Below are positions 51,277 through 62,280 of a stretch of 64,000 bases of DNA, piece by piece. Where the stretch lies: positions 197,224,001 through 197,288,000 of the forward strand of contig NC_058368.1 of the NCBI RefSeq assembly GCF_018350175.1, given 5' to 3'. Every line of letters begins with the position of its first letter. Position 1 is the stretch's first letter. Position numbers and translations under genes: made by a program. Under the pieces are notes generated by a model, which had not been told where the DNA came from, made no database searches, and worked only from the letters and a program-made list of their open reading frames with translations. This DNA comes from Felis catus (Eukaryota).

Positions 51277-53141
51277 AACGAGGACTACTTTTTAATGACT
51301 CACTTAGGTGACTCTTCTAGCGATCAACTATTTTCTAGAGTTGAAGTAGTTTTTCTCTACTTTTTCTTTTAAAGAGAATAAATTTATTAAATTCTAGGCT
51401 GAGTTTGAAGTGCCTGGGAACGTCCAAGTGGGCAACTTACCAGACGGTCCAAAAGATGAACCCAGAACTTAGTAGAGAGCTCTTTATCATCAAGAAAAAA
51501 GAGCAGGCTTTTCATTAATAAATGAATTCATCAAATATCTTTGGAGCACCTACGATGTGTTAGACATTGTGCTTTGCTTTCTATGAACTATTTGCTACCT
51601 TATTCCTTCTAGAAGAATGAAGAAAAATCTGCTCTCCACTGAAGAAATTATGTTGGCATTATCCACTTACTCACCTTTGTTTCTCAAGCAGGAGAACCTT
51701 GTAATGACAGAGGAGAAGTCTTGAGTAGCCATATGGGATGAATGCTACATGAGGTCAAGTTCAGCGATCACCTTCTGGCAATCACTCCTTAGCTGGGTGG
51801 GTACATAAACTGACCTTACTGACACAGAACTCATGCTGTTGACCAGATCTCCTCAAAAGGACCAGGCTGGTCCCATATGTCAGAACAATCTCTGGAATAG
51901 TTCAGCCTTTCACGGTACCTTCCTTTGGTTTGGAAAAAGGACCCAGAGCTGGGATGGGTTATCCAGAATTGCCTTCCTTCGGTCTGTGCCCTACCCCCTG
52001 CTATTAGGTTCCCCTGGAAACAAAAGTGACCTCTAGGAGATGGGGGCAGGACATGTTTGCCCAACTGTATCGGACAGGATATGATATCACCCTTCTGGGA
52101 ATGGGTCAGCTGAGGAAATCCTTATTTGTGCGACAGGAGTTTGCTCATTCCAAGGGGACTTTAACAGCATGGCGGTGTTAATCAGTTGCTAACTCTAGAT
52201 CAAGCTTTCTCCGGGAAAAGTTGGTGGATATGTTGCCGTCTTGGCATCTCTGTGTGAAGAGACACTTCTCTGTGTTTAATGTTGTATTGATCATCTACTA
52301 GACTGGGGTTTAAAAATTAAAACGTGCACAGGGGCGAGGGAGCATAAAAGTACAAGGCTGTCCTTGTGCAGTTTGAGACGAAGCAGTGGCAACTGGGCTC
52401 TGCCCTAGAGACCCGTACCTGCCCCACTAAAAGCAGGCGATCCTACTGACTAGTGTCATGCAGGAAAATAGGGGCAGGGATGGAGACCTTCCCCTCTCTG
52501 CCTTTTTCAAGAGGAGCTAGGAATCCCAGATTTGACATCTCGATTTCCCGGTTTCCCAACGCTGGCAAAGAATTCAAGTTCATTGAAAACCTGAGGAAGG
52601 GCAAATAAAACATGTCCCATCACGCTGGCCACCAGATGGCCCATTTTTCAGATGGCCTGCATGACCCACGAAGGCAGGAGCCATGGCTGTTATATTTACT
52701 ACTGTGTCCCCCCGCATCATGCCTGGTGCAGGGTTGGTGGTCAGTAAATATCCGTTGAGTGAACAAACGAGCAATCCAATTCTTATTCCCCATGTTGGAC
52801 ATTCCCAGGAACTAGGCAGATTGAAAACCAATACTGTGACTATAAATTCTGTTACACCACTGAGATGCTACACTTTTGCATAATGACCCAGAGAGAGGAT
52901 GGAGTGGGGAGTGTGTTTTCTTCAGACAGACTGAGTGTGGAATACTAGGCCTCCACAGTCCTCCCTTCTGGGGACCTCCTACCCTTCAAAGGCTCAGGGA
53001 GAGGCTCTATCCTTGCTGGTCAGAGGTCAGCATCTTCCACTAGCGCGGGGGGGTGGGGTGGGGTAGGGGGTAGCTGATATTCAGGGGAAACCAACCCACA
53101 GAAAAGCCTTCTCCTGGAGGGGGTCATTTTTGTAACAAATA

Positions 53142-53537
53142 CTGTGTTACCGATTGAATTCCTATGTTGTAGAGTCCTAACCCTCTCTTCCCAGAATGTG
53201 ACCTTATCTGGAGATATGATCTTTACAAAGGGACCCAAGTTAAAATGAGGTCATTAGAATGGGCCCCCGTCCAATATGACTTGTGTCCTTATCAAAAGGG
53301 GAAATTTGGAGACACACAGAGGAAAGATGATGTGAAGGGACACAGGTAGAAGACGGCCATTCACCCCCAAGGACAGAGGCTGGAACAGATTGTTTCCACG
53401 GCCCTCAGAGGGACCCAATCTTGCCGACGTCCTGATTTTGGATTTCTAGCCTCTAGAACTGTCAGACAATAAACTCCTGTTGTTTAAGCCACCCGGTCTG
53501 TGGTGCTTTGTTGTGGCAAGTCTAGCAAACGAATATC
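53142..53537 (+). mobile_element. MaLR LTR (MLT1B/C-like)
   Basis: cagaatgtgaccttatctggagat...gttaaaatgaggtcattag...aataaactcctgttgtttaagccacccggtctgtgg. Confidence 0.85.
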
Positions 53538-56500
53538 CACTGGTTTTATTCATTTTGTAAACACTTGCAGTGTTTCAAGCAATTCACAACGATTAACTTA
53601 CACGTTCTTTACAATAACGCTACGAGAGAGGCACTATTTTTAGGTCTCGTGTGGTCAGATGAGGAAGTGAGTGAGGTACATACAGAGAAGGTAAGCGACT
53701 TGCTCAAGAACACGCAGCAAGTAGGGGGCAATTTCCAGTCTGTGCCCTTAAGGACTAAAGGGGAACAACTTAACTGGTGAAATATTCAAGAAGTCAGAGG
53801 TGCTCCCACACTTCTGGTTGTTTTCTGTTCTCTTACAATGGAATCTGGCTACCGTTGGAGCTCAGCCAGCTGTCGACCGTTCACCACAGCAGATGATATC
53901 TCAGCAAGATAAAGCCTTTGCCAGATAGGAAAACTGGAGCTCAGAACTGATATCACTTCCTTTAGGCAACACACATACTCTTGAAATCACATTGCGATTT
54001 ACAGAGGTGTGTTATACTCATTTCGGATGGTTTTTAAACGGTTCCTTACGTTATTCCCCCAGCGCCCCACCCCCCCCCCCCGGCCTCAAGTAATCATTTG
54101 TTGACAACTGCTTCATTCACTTGGGAAGCATGGTTTAAAGAAAAAAAAAAAATCTCCACCTTTATGAAGTATAGAGCCATTTCTACTTTATCTAAATTTG
54201 GCGAATTTAAGATCTCTCTAGAGGGTGTCCCGCCAAGTTTGCGTTTGTAATGGAGACTGTTCCTAAAGAATTCCTGGAGCTCTTGACCTGGCAGAGCTTG
54301 CGTCTTTCGCTGGATGTCTTCAATTTTGAGCTCCCAGGCCTCTCCACACCCACTCTGCTGCCTTCTCTCCTCAGCACTGTGCCCTGCGAGGCTGAATATT
54401 ATGGGCCCGTCAACCGCCTTCCTTGCCCTCTGGCCCCTGGTTGGATTGGGCCAACGGGGAGCGTAGTAGGAGATGGAGGCAGGGAGGAGAGAGAGGTCAG
54501 GCAGTTACCAGCCTTCTAGAACTTGGCCGTCCTGGCTTCTTGTTCACTTCTCTGCATGCCTCTCACACACTTGCAAAGGCTCCTTCTTTTTCACTCCCTT
54601 CAACCTGCCCATCTGTTCCCTGGCAGGACCCTAACTGATAGTTTCCTCCCCTTCGTTTTTACCCTATAATCCAACAGGTGCTAGGCCATGTAGATTTTAT
54701 CTTCTAAAAGACCTTTTCCCTTGCAACCCCCAAACTCCTGGCCCTCAGACCTTTTCTGAACCTGGGTAGTTGTCTCTCAGCTAGGATCCCAACTTCCTGT
54801 CTTGAATTTTCAACCCATGCCATATACAACACTGGGTTAATAATCTTTCCGAAGCCTTCCTTCAGGAAGCTATGGCTTTCCTATGAACAGAACCTAATGC
54901 TAGCTACAACAGCGGCACAGCATGCTCATTTCCAACCAGAGGGTTGGGTTCTTATGATACTGTCATTCTAGAACCTGGCTCCGCTCAATGGCCAATTCAA
55001 CTTCAAATTCAACTCCATCCCCTGGGACCCGATGCCAGTGAGTTTCTCACGTGATTTCACTTAATCCTCACCACAACCCTGCACTTTGGCGTGATCGCTC
55101 ACGTTCCATACGTGATAAAATTTAGGCTCAGAGACGTGAGCTCTCCAGTTCAAGATCACAGACACAGTGCACCACAGATCTTGCACCTGAACTCAGGGAC
55201 CCATACCCCAAAGCTCAGGTTCTTACAGCCCCAGGATGGTGTCTGCTTACCTCCTAGTACGTTTGTGGGGGTGATATAACCCCTCAACGGTCTCTTTAGC
55301 AAAACAGTCTACTCTAAAACAGCGACTCCAATCCATGATGGAGACCAAGGCAAGGGTCAGAGGACAGGAAAAGCCGATGAGGCGAAGGAGGGTGGTTCTC
55401 GGCCCGACCGTACATGGTGTGCATGACGCTCCCCAACCTGGAGGATGGGCCGGTGCTGAGTTTTATGCCGACAACAAGCTCTGGGGGTTCTGACCCACGT
55501 GAGGAGAACGGCATTTTGTGGCACCCAGAATCGACTCTGGAGCTCAGGGCCTCTGGCACCTGCGGTAAACTCAGTTTCCCCTGGCTTTGGACCAAGGGGC
55601 TTGGGAGCTCCTGGGGCCGACATGGGAATGGGCAACACTGACAGGGAATAACCAAAGATTTCCTGTTGCCTAACTACATGCAGATTAGATGGGGGTGCCT
55701 CCATGGCTCCGTGTGAAAGTGATGGGGCTGGGGTCAGTGCCTTCCTTGCTCTGTGGGTTCAGAAAAGTGGCCAGTGGTCACGTGGACGAGTGTGGGATGA
55801 CGGACAAGGCTCTGACGGAACAGAGCGAAGGCGCACGGACAGCATGCATCAGCGGGACGTTCCGTTGGCATTCCGCCCACGTCTGTACCACCACCTCACT
55901 CCATCACCTCCAAAACTACCCCTTTGTCTCAAATTCCTGCTCTGTGGGGTACTAACGCTCAGCTAGCTTTTGGAGGAAAGCGTTGTGATGAGACTAGAAG
56001 CGCCCTGAGAAGTCGCTGATGGAGCGCTCCCCTGGTGTTGCCATCTGAGCCACAGGTGTCTCACAAATACAAACAATTTCACGTGTGTTTACAAAGCGTT
56101 GTCTCGTGATCGCGCTCAATCCGCAAAACCACACTTCTGGTATCCTCGATTTATGACAACGGTGTGACATCTGAGAGGCTGAGTGACCCGCCTGCTAATG
56201 ACACAGAGCCCACAGCGACAACGGCCACAATGACCACCGTGGTGACAAGGACAGCGCCGTCACTGACATGAGGCCAGCTACGGCCCCGGCACCACCCCTC
56301 TGCATTTTACACGCCGTGTTAATATTTATCTCCATTCCACGCAAGGTGGGTCCCATCATCCCCAGTTTGCGGCGACAACCATGCTGAAGACCGCGCGGCT
56401 GAGAAGTGGAAGAGGAGGACCAGAACCCCGGGACCAGCGGATCCCAGAGCCCGAGCTCTGTCAGCTCTTACATGCTCTCCCAAGACCTCCGCCCCACACT

Positions 56501-58906
56501 CCTCCTGCCCAGATAACAACTTCATAATAATCTCATGCTTTGCCCCACTTCAACCGTGACATCTGAACCACTGAGCAGGCATGATGCACCCTGTCAAAAT
56601 GCAATGCATCCAAATACCTTTCATAAGCCAACAACTAACTGCACGGCTTGAAGAGTTAGTGAACATCAGCTACGAGGCGTCGCCGGTAAAACCGGAGTAA
56701 ACACACCCATCTCACGGGCTGGGGGTGAGAGCTGGGGAGACCATGCAGGTGAGAGGCTTAGCACACCGACTGGTGGAGAGTGAGGACCCAGTACGTGGAA
56801 GTGAAGGAAAAACTGAGTAAGACTTTCTCTTAGGTTCAATTTCAGGCACGAGGATTACGTAAGAATTTCACATCCCAAAGGGGAGAGCATTTTTGCTTAG
56901 ATCGGGCCACCTCAACGACCGTCCGCCAACGCCCCGTCCCTATAACCTGGTGACCCTGTCACTCCTTCACTTCCGTGAGGTCTGACTTCTGTTCTCTCCA
57001 TTTGCGGCCTCTCAGCCTTGCGAGGAGCCTCGGTGATGATGGACCCCAGCCCCCGAGCCCTGAGATGAGTGGCCACAGTGTTCCCCCAGGTAGCCCTTAG
57101 AGAAACACTTCTTCTTATGGGGAGGGACCTTAGGGATCCCCACGGCTCCCCACGTCACTGTACTCTGTTTATTTTCCACTACGCCTGGAAGATGAACGCA
57201 CTCTCCCTACTTAGAGAGGCTGGAATAGCATTTTTGTTACTTTTCGTCTTCTGCAGTATTCAACTCTATTGGTTGTTATTTCATTTTTTTTTTTTTTTTT
57301 TAAGTAAAACCTGTTTCCTTCTTTTAGGAACATTCGGTGTTGCTACTGGGACAAGAGACAAGGGCAGGGCCAGCTGCTTGTGAACTTATTTCTCAGTTTC
57401 TTGAAAAATAGATGAGCCATCTTTCTCTTCCATCATTTAGTGAGAAAGGACTCCCATAAATCCATTTCCCCCCCCTAGAGATAGTGACAAGTGACAGGCC
57501 GTTCACATCTTGGCTGAAAGGACGCAGATGCAAACATGTGGCCCACTCAGGTGAGCAGGTCTACAGAATTTTGTTCTTTTCCTGAGCCCGGGGTAAAGCC
57601 AAAAAGCACCAGTCCAGACTGTGAAAATCAAGAGGCAAAATTCTTTGGCTGGAAGAGGCAGAGGGAGTTCAGCCACACTCGCTTGCTTAGCAGAGCTATG
57701 TAATACACAAAGAAAGACAGCAGAGAGATGAGTCATACAAATAGATAGTAAATAAATATATTTCATTTCCATCTCACTGGCTGTTGCTTTGTTTTCCTCC
57801 CCTCCACGCCACCAGCCCTGAAATGGAGGGAGGGTGGGGAAATCGTGCGTTTGGTCTGGACACAGCCTCCGAAGGTACTGATTTTTCTAGCCTTGCTGTT
57901 CAGCTCTAGCGTCTTCAGAGGAAACTTACAGATTTGGATTCAACCCTTCTCGTTTTACTGAGCAATCTGGGATCCAGAGAGGAGACAGCCGGGAAAGTCA
58001 GAGACCAGGGAACTGAATGCTGCTAGGGGTCTTCTGATTCAACAATCCCACCCACCACTGGAAGGACAAGCTAAGCTGATGAGGAGGCAGGAGGGAGAGG
58101 ATTTGAACCCCGACCTCCTCTCCAGGGTGGTGGTCATCTGGGTGCCCACGGTCAAAGGGACTACACTCAGAGAAACCGACTGGGCCTCCTTGCATTTCTG
58201 CCTGCGTGTCTCAGCAGCCGAGGCCCAGCCCAGCAGCAAAATGTCTGGTCCTGTCTCTGCAAAGCAGTCCTTGCCTCTAGCATGTTAGAGACCTCGGCCG
58301 AAGGGCTCGTCCCTTTCCTCTCTTCTCAGGATGGCCACACAGCTTGTAGGTGTGTGGAGCCATCAGCCCCCGGCCCGTGGGGCTGCAGCTCAGAAGCAGG
58401 ATATTTCACAATCTCTAGACCCAGAGGTGGCTTCCTGATGATTTGTTTATCAAACTGCTCGCTCCCAGCCCACTGCCTGCCCACATCCACCCAGCACCAG
58501 CCCCAGCGCCAGCCTCCCTGCTCCTCCCAGCTTCAGGACAAGCCAGGTCCTCCGTGGCTTTCCAGCTGTGTGCAGGGAGGTCTCCTCAGAAGCCCCACAG
58601 TCAGACAATGGCCACGTTCGTTAGTGCTTCCTAGGCCTTCCCAGGCATTGCTAGAAGGAGAGAGGCAGCCTTCCCCGCAGAGGCAAGTGTTGCTGCCAGT
58701 AAAACATTAGCAAAATGACCATGAAAAGCCAGATCCAGATCCCTCTTCCCGGGGGGGAGCACAGGAAGGACCACGAAGGAGTCTGGGGGCCATGTGTCCA
58801 CCACGATGGCAGGCTTCCTTCCTCCTTCCAGGCAGCCCCAGCGCAGGCTCCTGCACCTCCCGCCCCCACCCTGTTCCCATGGCAAAGGAGAGGAGGACCC
58901 ACTTAC

Positions 58907-58919
58907 TGCTCGTGTTCAT
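58907..58919 (-). CDS. ABLIM3: ABLIM3 exon 2 coding part (13 nt, ATG AAC ACG AGC A = MNTS + 1 nt)
   Basis: ATG in catcaccATGa context, followed by consensus donor GTAAGT at 58906. Phase 1 matches exon 3 (A+TT = Ile). Confidence 0.93.
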
Positions 58920-59006
58920 GGTGATGCCTTTGCACTGGGTCTTTCATTCAATACGGAGGACCCGGTTGCTTTTTAAATCTTGCGATCTTCCGACCTCACT
59001 CATCAC
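58920..59006 (-). other. ABLIM3: ABLIM3 exon 2, 5'UTR part (87 nt)
   Basis: Acceptor ctgccttttcaccccccAG at 59008-59007 is the nearest strong 3' splice site upstream of the ATG. Confidence 0.8.
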
Positions 59007-59059
59007 CTGGGGGGTGAAAAGGCAGTCCAGTGCCCGCTCTGTATCCTCAGGTGCTCTCT

Positions 59060-59600
59060 CTCCCTCTGCGGTCCGACCCTCGCGGACTGGGCTGCAGCCA
59101 CTGGCCTTGAAGGCGAGTGGGCTAACGGGAGCAGGTGAGAGCAGGGAGGAGGAGGCGGCGGGAGGGCACGCGCGCAGCGTCCTGCGGCCCCTCGGACCCC
59201 AGTGCCGGGCTGAGCGGGGCTGCCAGCGCCGGCCCGCGCGCACCCCCGACTACTCCGTCCCCGCGGCTCCGGAGCCCAAAGGGGGTGTGGACCACGGGGA
59301 GGCAGGGCGGGGGCAGCGCGTCCCCGCCCGGCCTCGGGAGCAGCCACCGCCCCGGGACCCACCTCTCGGCCAGCGTCGGGAGCCAGAGGCCCCTGCCTGG
59401 GCCCCTGCGACCGGCTCATGAATCCTGGTCCTCGTCTGGAGTCTCGAATTCCAAGGCGAGCAAAGCGAAATAGGAGAGCTCGACATCCATGATGCGGGCT
59501 CGCGGGGTGGCAGCGCGGGGGGCGCGGCCGCTCGCTGCCGCCACCTGCTGGACGCGCCGGCGCGTGGCCAGGCCCCGCCCCGCCGGGCTTCTCGCTGGGT
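59060..59600. promoter_or_regulatory. CpG island / ABLIM3 promoter with tandem GC boxes
   Basis: Densest CpG and GC content in the window. GGCGGGGCGGGGCC (Sp/KLF) on the minus strand at ~59571-59584, E-box CACCTG at ~59542, no obvious TATA box. Confidence 0.85.
59363..59530 (-). other. ABLIM3: ABLIM3 predicted non-coding exon 1 (TSS approximate)
   Basis: Donor GAG|GTGGGT at 59363/59362 inside the CpG island, giving a 356 nt first intron; GC boxes lie just upstream. Confidence 0.65.
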
Positions 59601-59805
59601 CTTGGGGTGTGATGGGGGGGGGGGGGGATGCAGGGGACCCTTGTACCCTGGGGCCAGCCGAGGGGTGCTTGAGCGCTTCTTTCCCCTCCCTCAGTGCCGG
59701 GGTCTATGCGGAGACAGTGTTAGGGAAATAAAGCAGTCACTGGGAGGGGCTGTGAAGAAAGGATGGGTTTTGCAGGAAGACAGTTTTCACTTCCAACTCT
59801 GCTTC

Positions 59806-60018
59806 TTAAATTTTAAAAAATGTTTATTCAGTTTTAAGAGACAGAGCGCGATCAGGGGAGGGGCAGAGAGAGAGGGAGACATAGAATCCGAAGCAGGCTC
59901 CAGCCTCTGAGCTGGTCAGCACAGAGCCAGCCGTGGGGCTCGAACCCACGAACGGTGAGCTCATCATGACCTGAGCTGAAGTGGGTCGCTTAACCGACTG
60001 AACCATCCAGGCGTCTCC
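59806..60018 (-). mobile_element. Can-SINE about 250 bp upstream of the promoter
   Basis: Typical body and head. Confidence 0.9.
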
Positions 60019-61533
60019 TAACTCCACTCCTAACCTGCTCCGTGGACTCTGGTCTTGAGCAGGTCACTGCTGTTTCTGCCTCATTTTCCTCACGTGTGTA
60101 AGGTGGCGGTTGGACCGAGTGGGTGGACATGACGGGTTCCACCAGCCTCCTCACATGTGTCCCTCCCTCCCCCTTTATGAGATTCATTTGGGACAATTGT
60201 TTATCTTCCCCACTAGAATCTTAACTCGTTGAGAGTATGGCTGTTGTCAGGTGGGTTCACCACAGGGCCCCCCATCCCCAGAACGTTGCCTGGCACATAG
60301 GAGGTCTCAGTAAACATTTGTTGACAGAATGCCCCAGGTCTTTTCTGGATCTACTATTGTACAGCCCTCAGAGCAGAAGGTCTCGGAATCGCCACCCTGA
60401 GGTCGTTCCCCATCTGTGGCAAAGGCAGGTATGTGGCCTCCCGGCTCAACCTCACTGGTTCCCCCAGTTTTTGTATGGCCGACTGACTCTTGCCCAAAGT
60501 ATTATTATTATTATCTTTGTAATTAGTTCTTGCGGGTGTGGATTACAGAAACCTATATTCTGATTTTTTGGTCGTGAGTAATGCCGTGGGGTGGGGTTCC
60601 TCACAGTCCCCTGACTACTTCTGTCACCTTCTGAACTTAATTCATGCTCACAGAAGCATGACTTTTGAGTACAGAAAAACAAGATTGGGAGACTCCCTGA
60701 TCCCTGTCTATAGAAGGACTCTGGTTTGAGCATGTGTAGAATCAAAACGTGGGGAACACTCACACCCCAGGCTTATGGACGTGCAAACAGTCGGTCACCG
60801 AGGCTGAGCCACCTGCCCTCGGACACGCGGCATCTCACGGTGGAATTGGACCAGTTCCCCTCGCTCCTGGCTTGGTTCCGTGTGAGAGTGAATCAGTACA
60901 CAGGAGTCCAGGATGTCAGGGCAACGGTAGGTGACCACCCGCTCAAAACTGGGGAAAGAGTATCTTGCAGATAAATACAACATTCCTGCCTTATACAGGA
61001 CTAAAAAAATTGATATGGCTCACGATCCCAAGACGCCACAGTCCTTAAGGAATCGTCAGATAAATCAAAGGGTCAGCAGTTTTTGAAACACATTTTGGTA
61101 GCTTGTTAGGGTTTTTTTCCAACGGGCAGAGAATAACCTTAACTTCCTCACAGCAGGCGTCAAAGTTCTGTTTACGTTCAGACCAACTGAGATGGTCGCA
61201 AAATGCAGATTCCCAGTTTCCTGGTTTTCTTGCTCTGCATTTGAAATGAGTATCCCAGGTGGTTCATAGACCACCTTTGCTACTGAAAAAGCCAGGGGCC
61301 TGGAACAGCTTTGAAAACATAGAAAGTGATTACTAAATACACGATTCCAAAAGATCTCTTTAAATTTGCATGCACTTTCTCTTTAAATTTTCAGATTAGA
61401 ATTCCTTATTCAATTCCTAAGTTCCATGTAACTTGCTAGGTTCTAATGCTTGGAAAAGTTTTGTCCCTCCCCCCCCCCGCCCCCGCCCCCACCCCGGGAG
61501 CAGGCTCAGGTAAGTTAAATAGGTAAAATTAAA

Positions 61534-61752
61534 ATTTTTCTTTTTTTAACGTTTATTTATTTTTTTGAGACAGAGAGACACAGAGCATGAACAGGGGAGG
61601 AGCAGAGAGAGAGGGAGACACAGAATCCGAAACAGGCTCCAGGCTCTGAGCTGTCAGCACAGAGCCCGACGCGGGACTCGAACTCACGGACCGTGAGATC
61701 ATGACCTGAGCCGAAGTCGGACGCTTAACCGGCCAAGCCACCCAGGCGCCCC
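61534..61752 (-). mobile_element. Can-SINE
   Basis: Perfect 17 bp TSD taaataggtaaaattaa. Confidence 0.96.
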
Positions 61753-61859
61753 TAAATAGGTAAAATTAATAGGACTGTTCAATAAACATATTTAGTTATC
61801 ACCCAAAGCCTCAATGTTCAGAAATTTTCAGATAACAGGATATCGTCAAATAAAACCAT

Positions 61860-62280
61860 AGCATTCATTCATTAATTCATTCACTCAGTACACATTTATT
61901 GAGTGTCTACTTTGTGCTAGGCCCCGTGCTGGCTGCTGGGGATACAACAGGACAGACAAGGACCTGCTCTCCTGGAGCATAACTCCTACTTGGAAGAGGG
62001 GTGGTAGAGAATAATTAAGTTAGCAACGCATGAATTAGGCAAATCCAATGGTGGCTTGGTTAAGAGTCTGGGAGCCATTTCCAGACTGGCTGATTTTCAG
62101 TCCTACCTCCGTCATTTAGTATCTATGTGACTTTGGGTGAGATACTCTATGAGCCTCAAATTCTTCATCTGTAGAATGGACATTAATATGGTTTCCACCT
62201 CATGGATTATTGTGTGTATTAAAATACTCCGTGTAATGCTTAGCAAATGAACACGACGTGTGCTGAGTTTTAGTGTATCC
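61860..62280. mobile_element. L2 3' end (minus strand) followed by MIR (plus strand)
   Basis: cattcattcattaattcattcactcagtacacatttattgagtgtctac; ggttaagagtctgg...tatgtgactttgggtgaga. Confidence 0.7.

Larger units (their letters stand above)
7634..59530 (-). other. ABLIM3: ABLIM3 gene, 5' portion (exons 1-5); gene continues past window position 1
   Basis: Four coding exons join in one frame to MNTSIPYQQNPYNPRGSSNVIQCYRCGDTCKGEVVRVHNNHFHIRCFTCQVCGCGLAQSGFFFKNQEYICTQDYQQLYGTRCDSCRDFITGEVISALGRTYHPKCFVCSLCRKPFPIGDKVTFSGKECVCQTCSQSMTSSRPIKIRGPS. This matches the ABLIM3 N-terminus as I recall it and contains two LIM (CxxC..HxxCxxCxxC..CxxD/C) domains. The 5' end is approximate. Confidence 0.96.

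Noticed and set aside
58792..59421. 209 aa plus-strand ORF across the CpG island
   Set aside because: GC-rich sequence is poor in stop codons; the ORF is antisense to ABLIM3 exons and has no recognisable domain.
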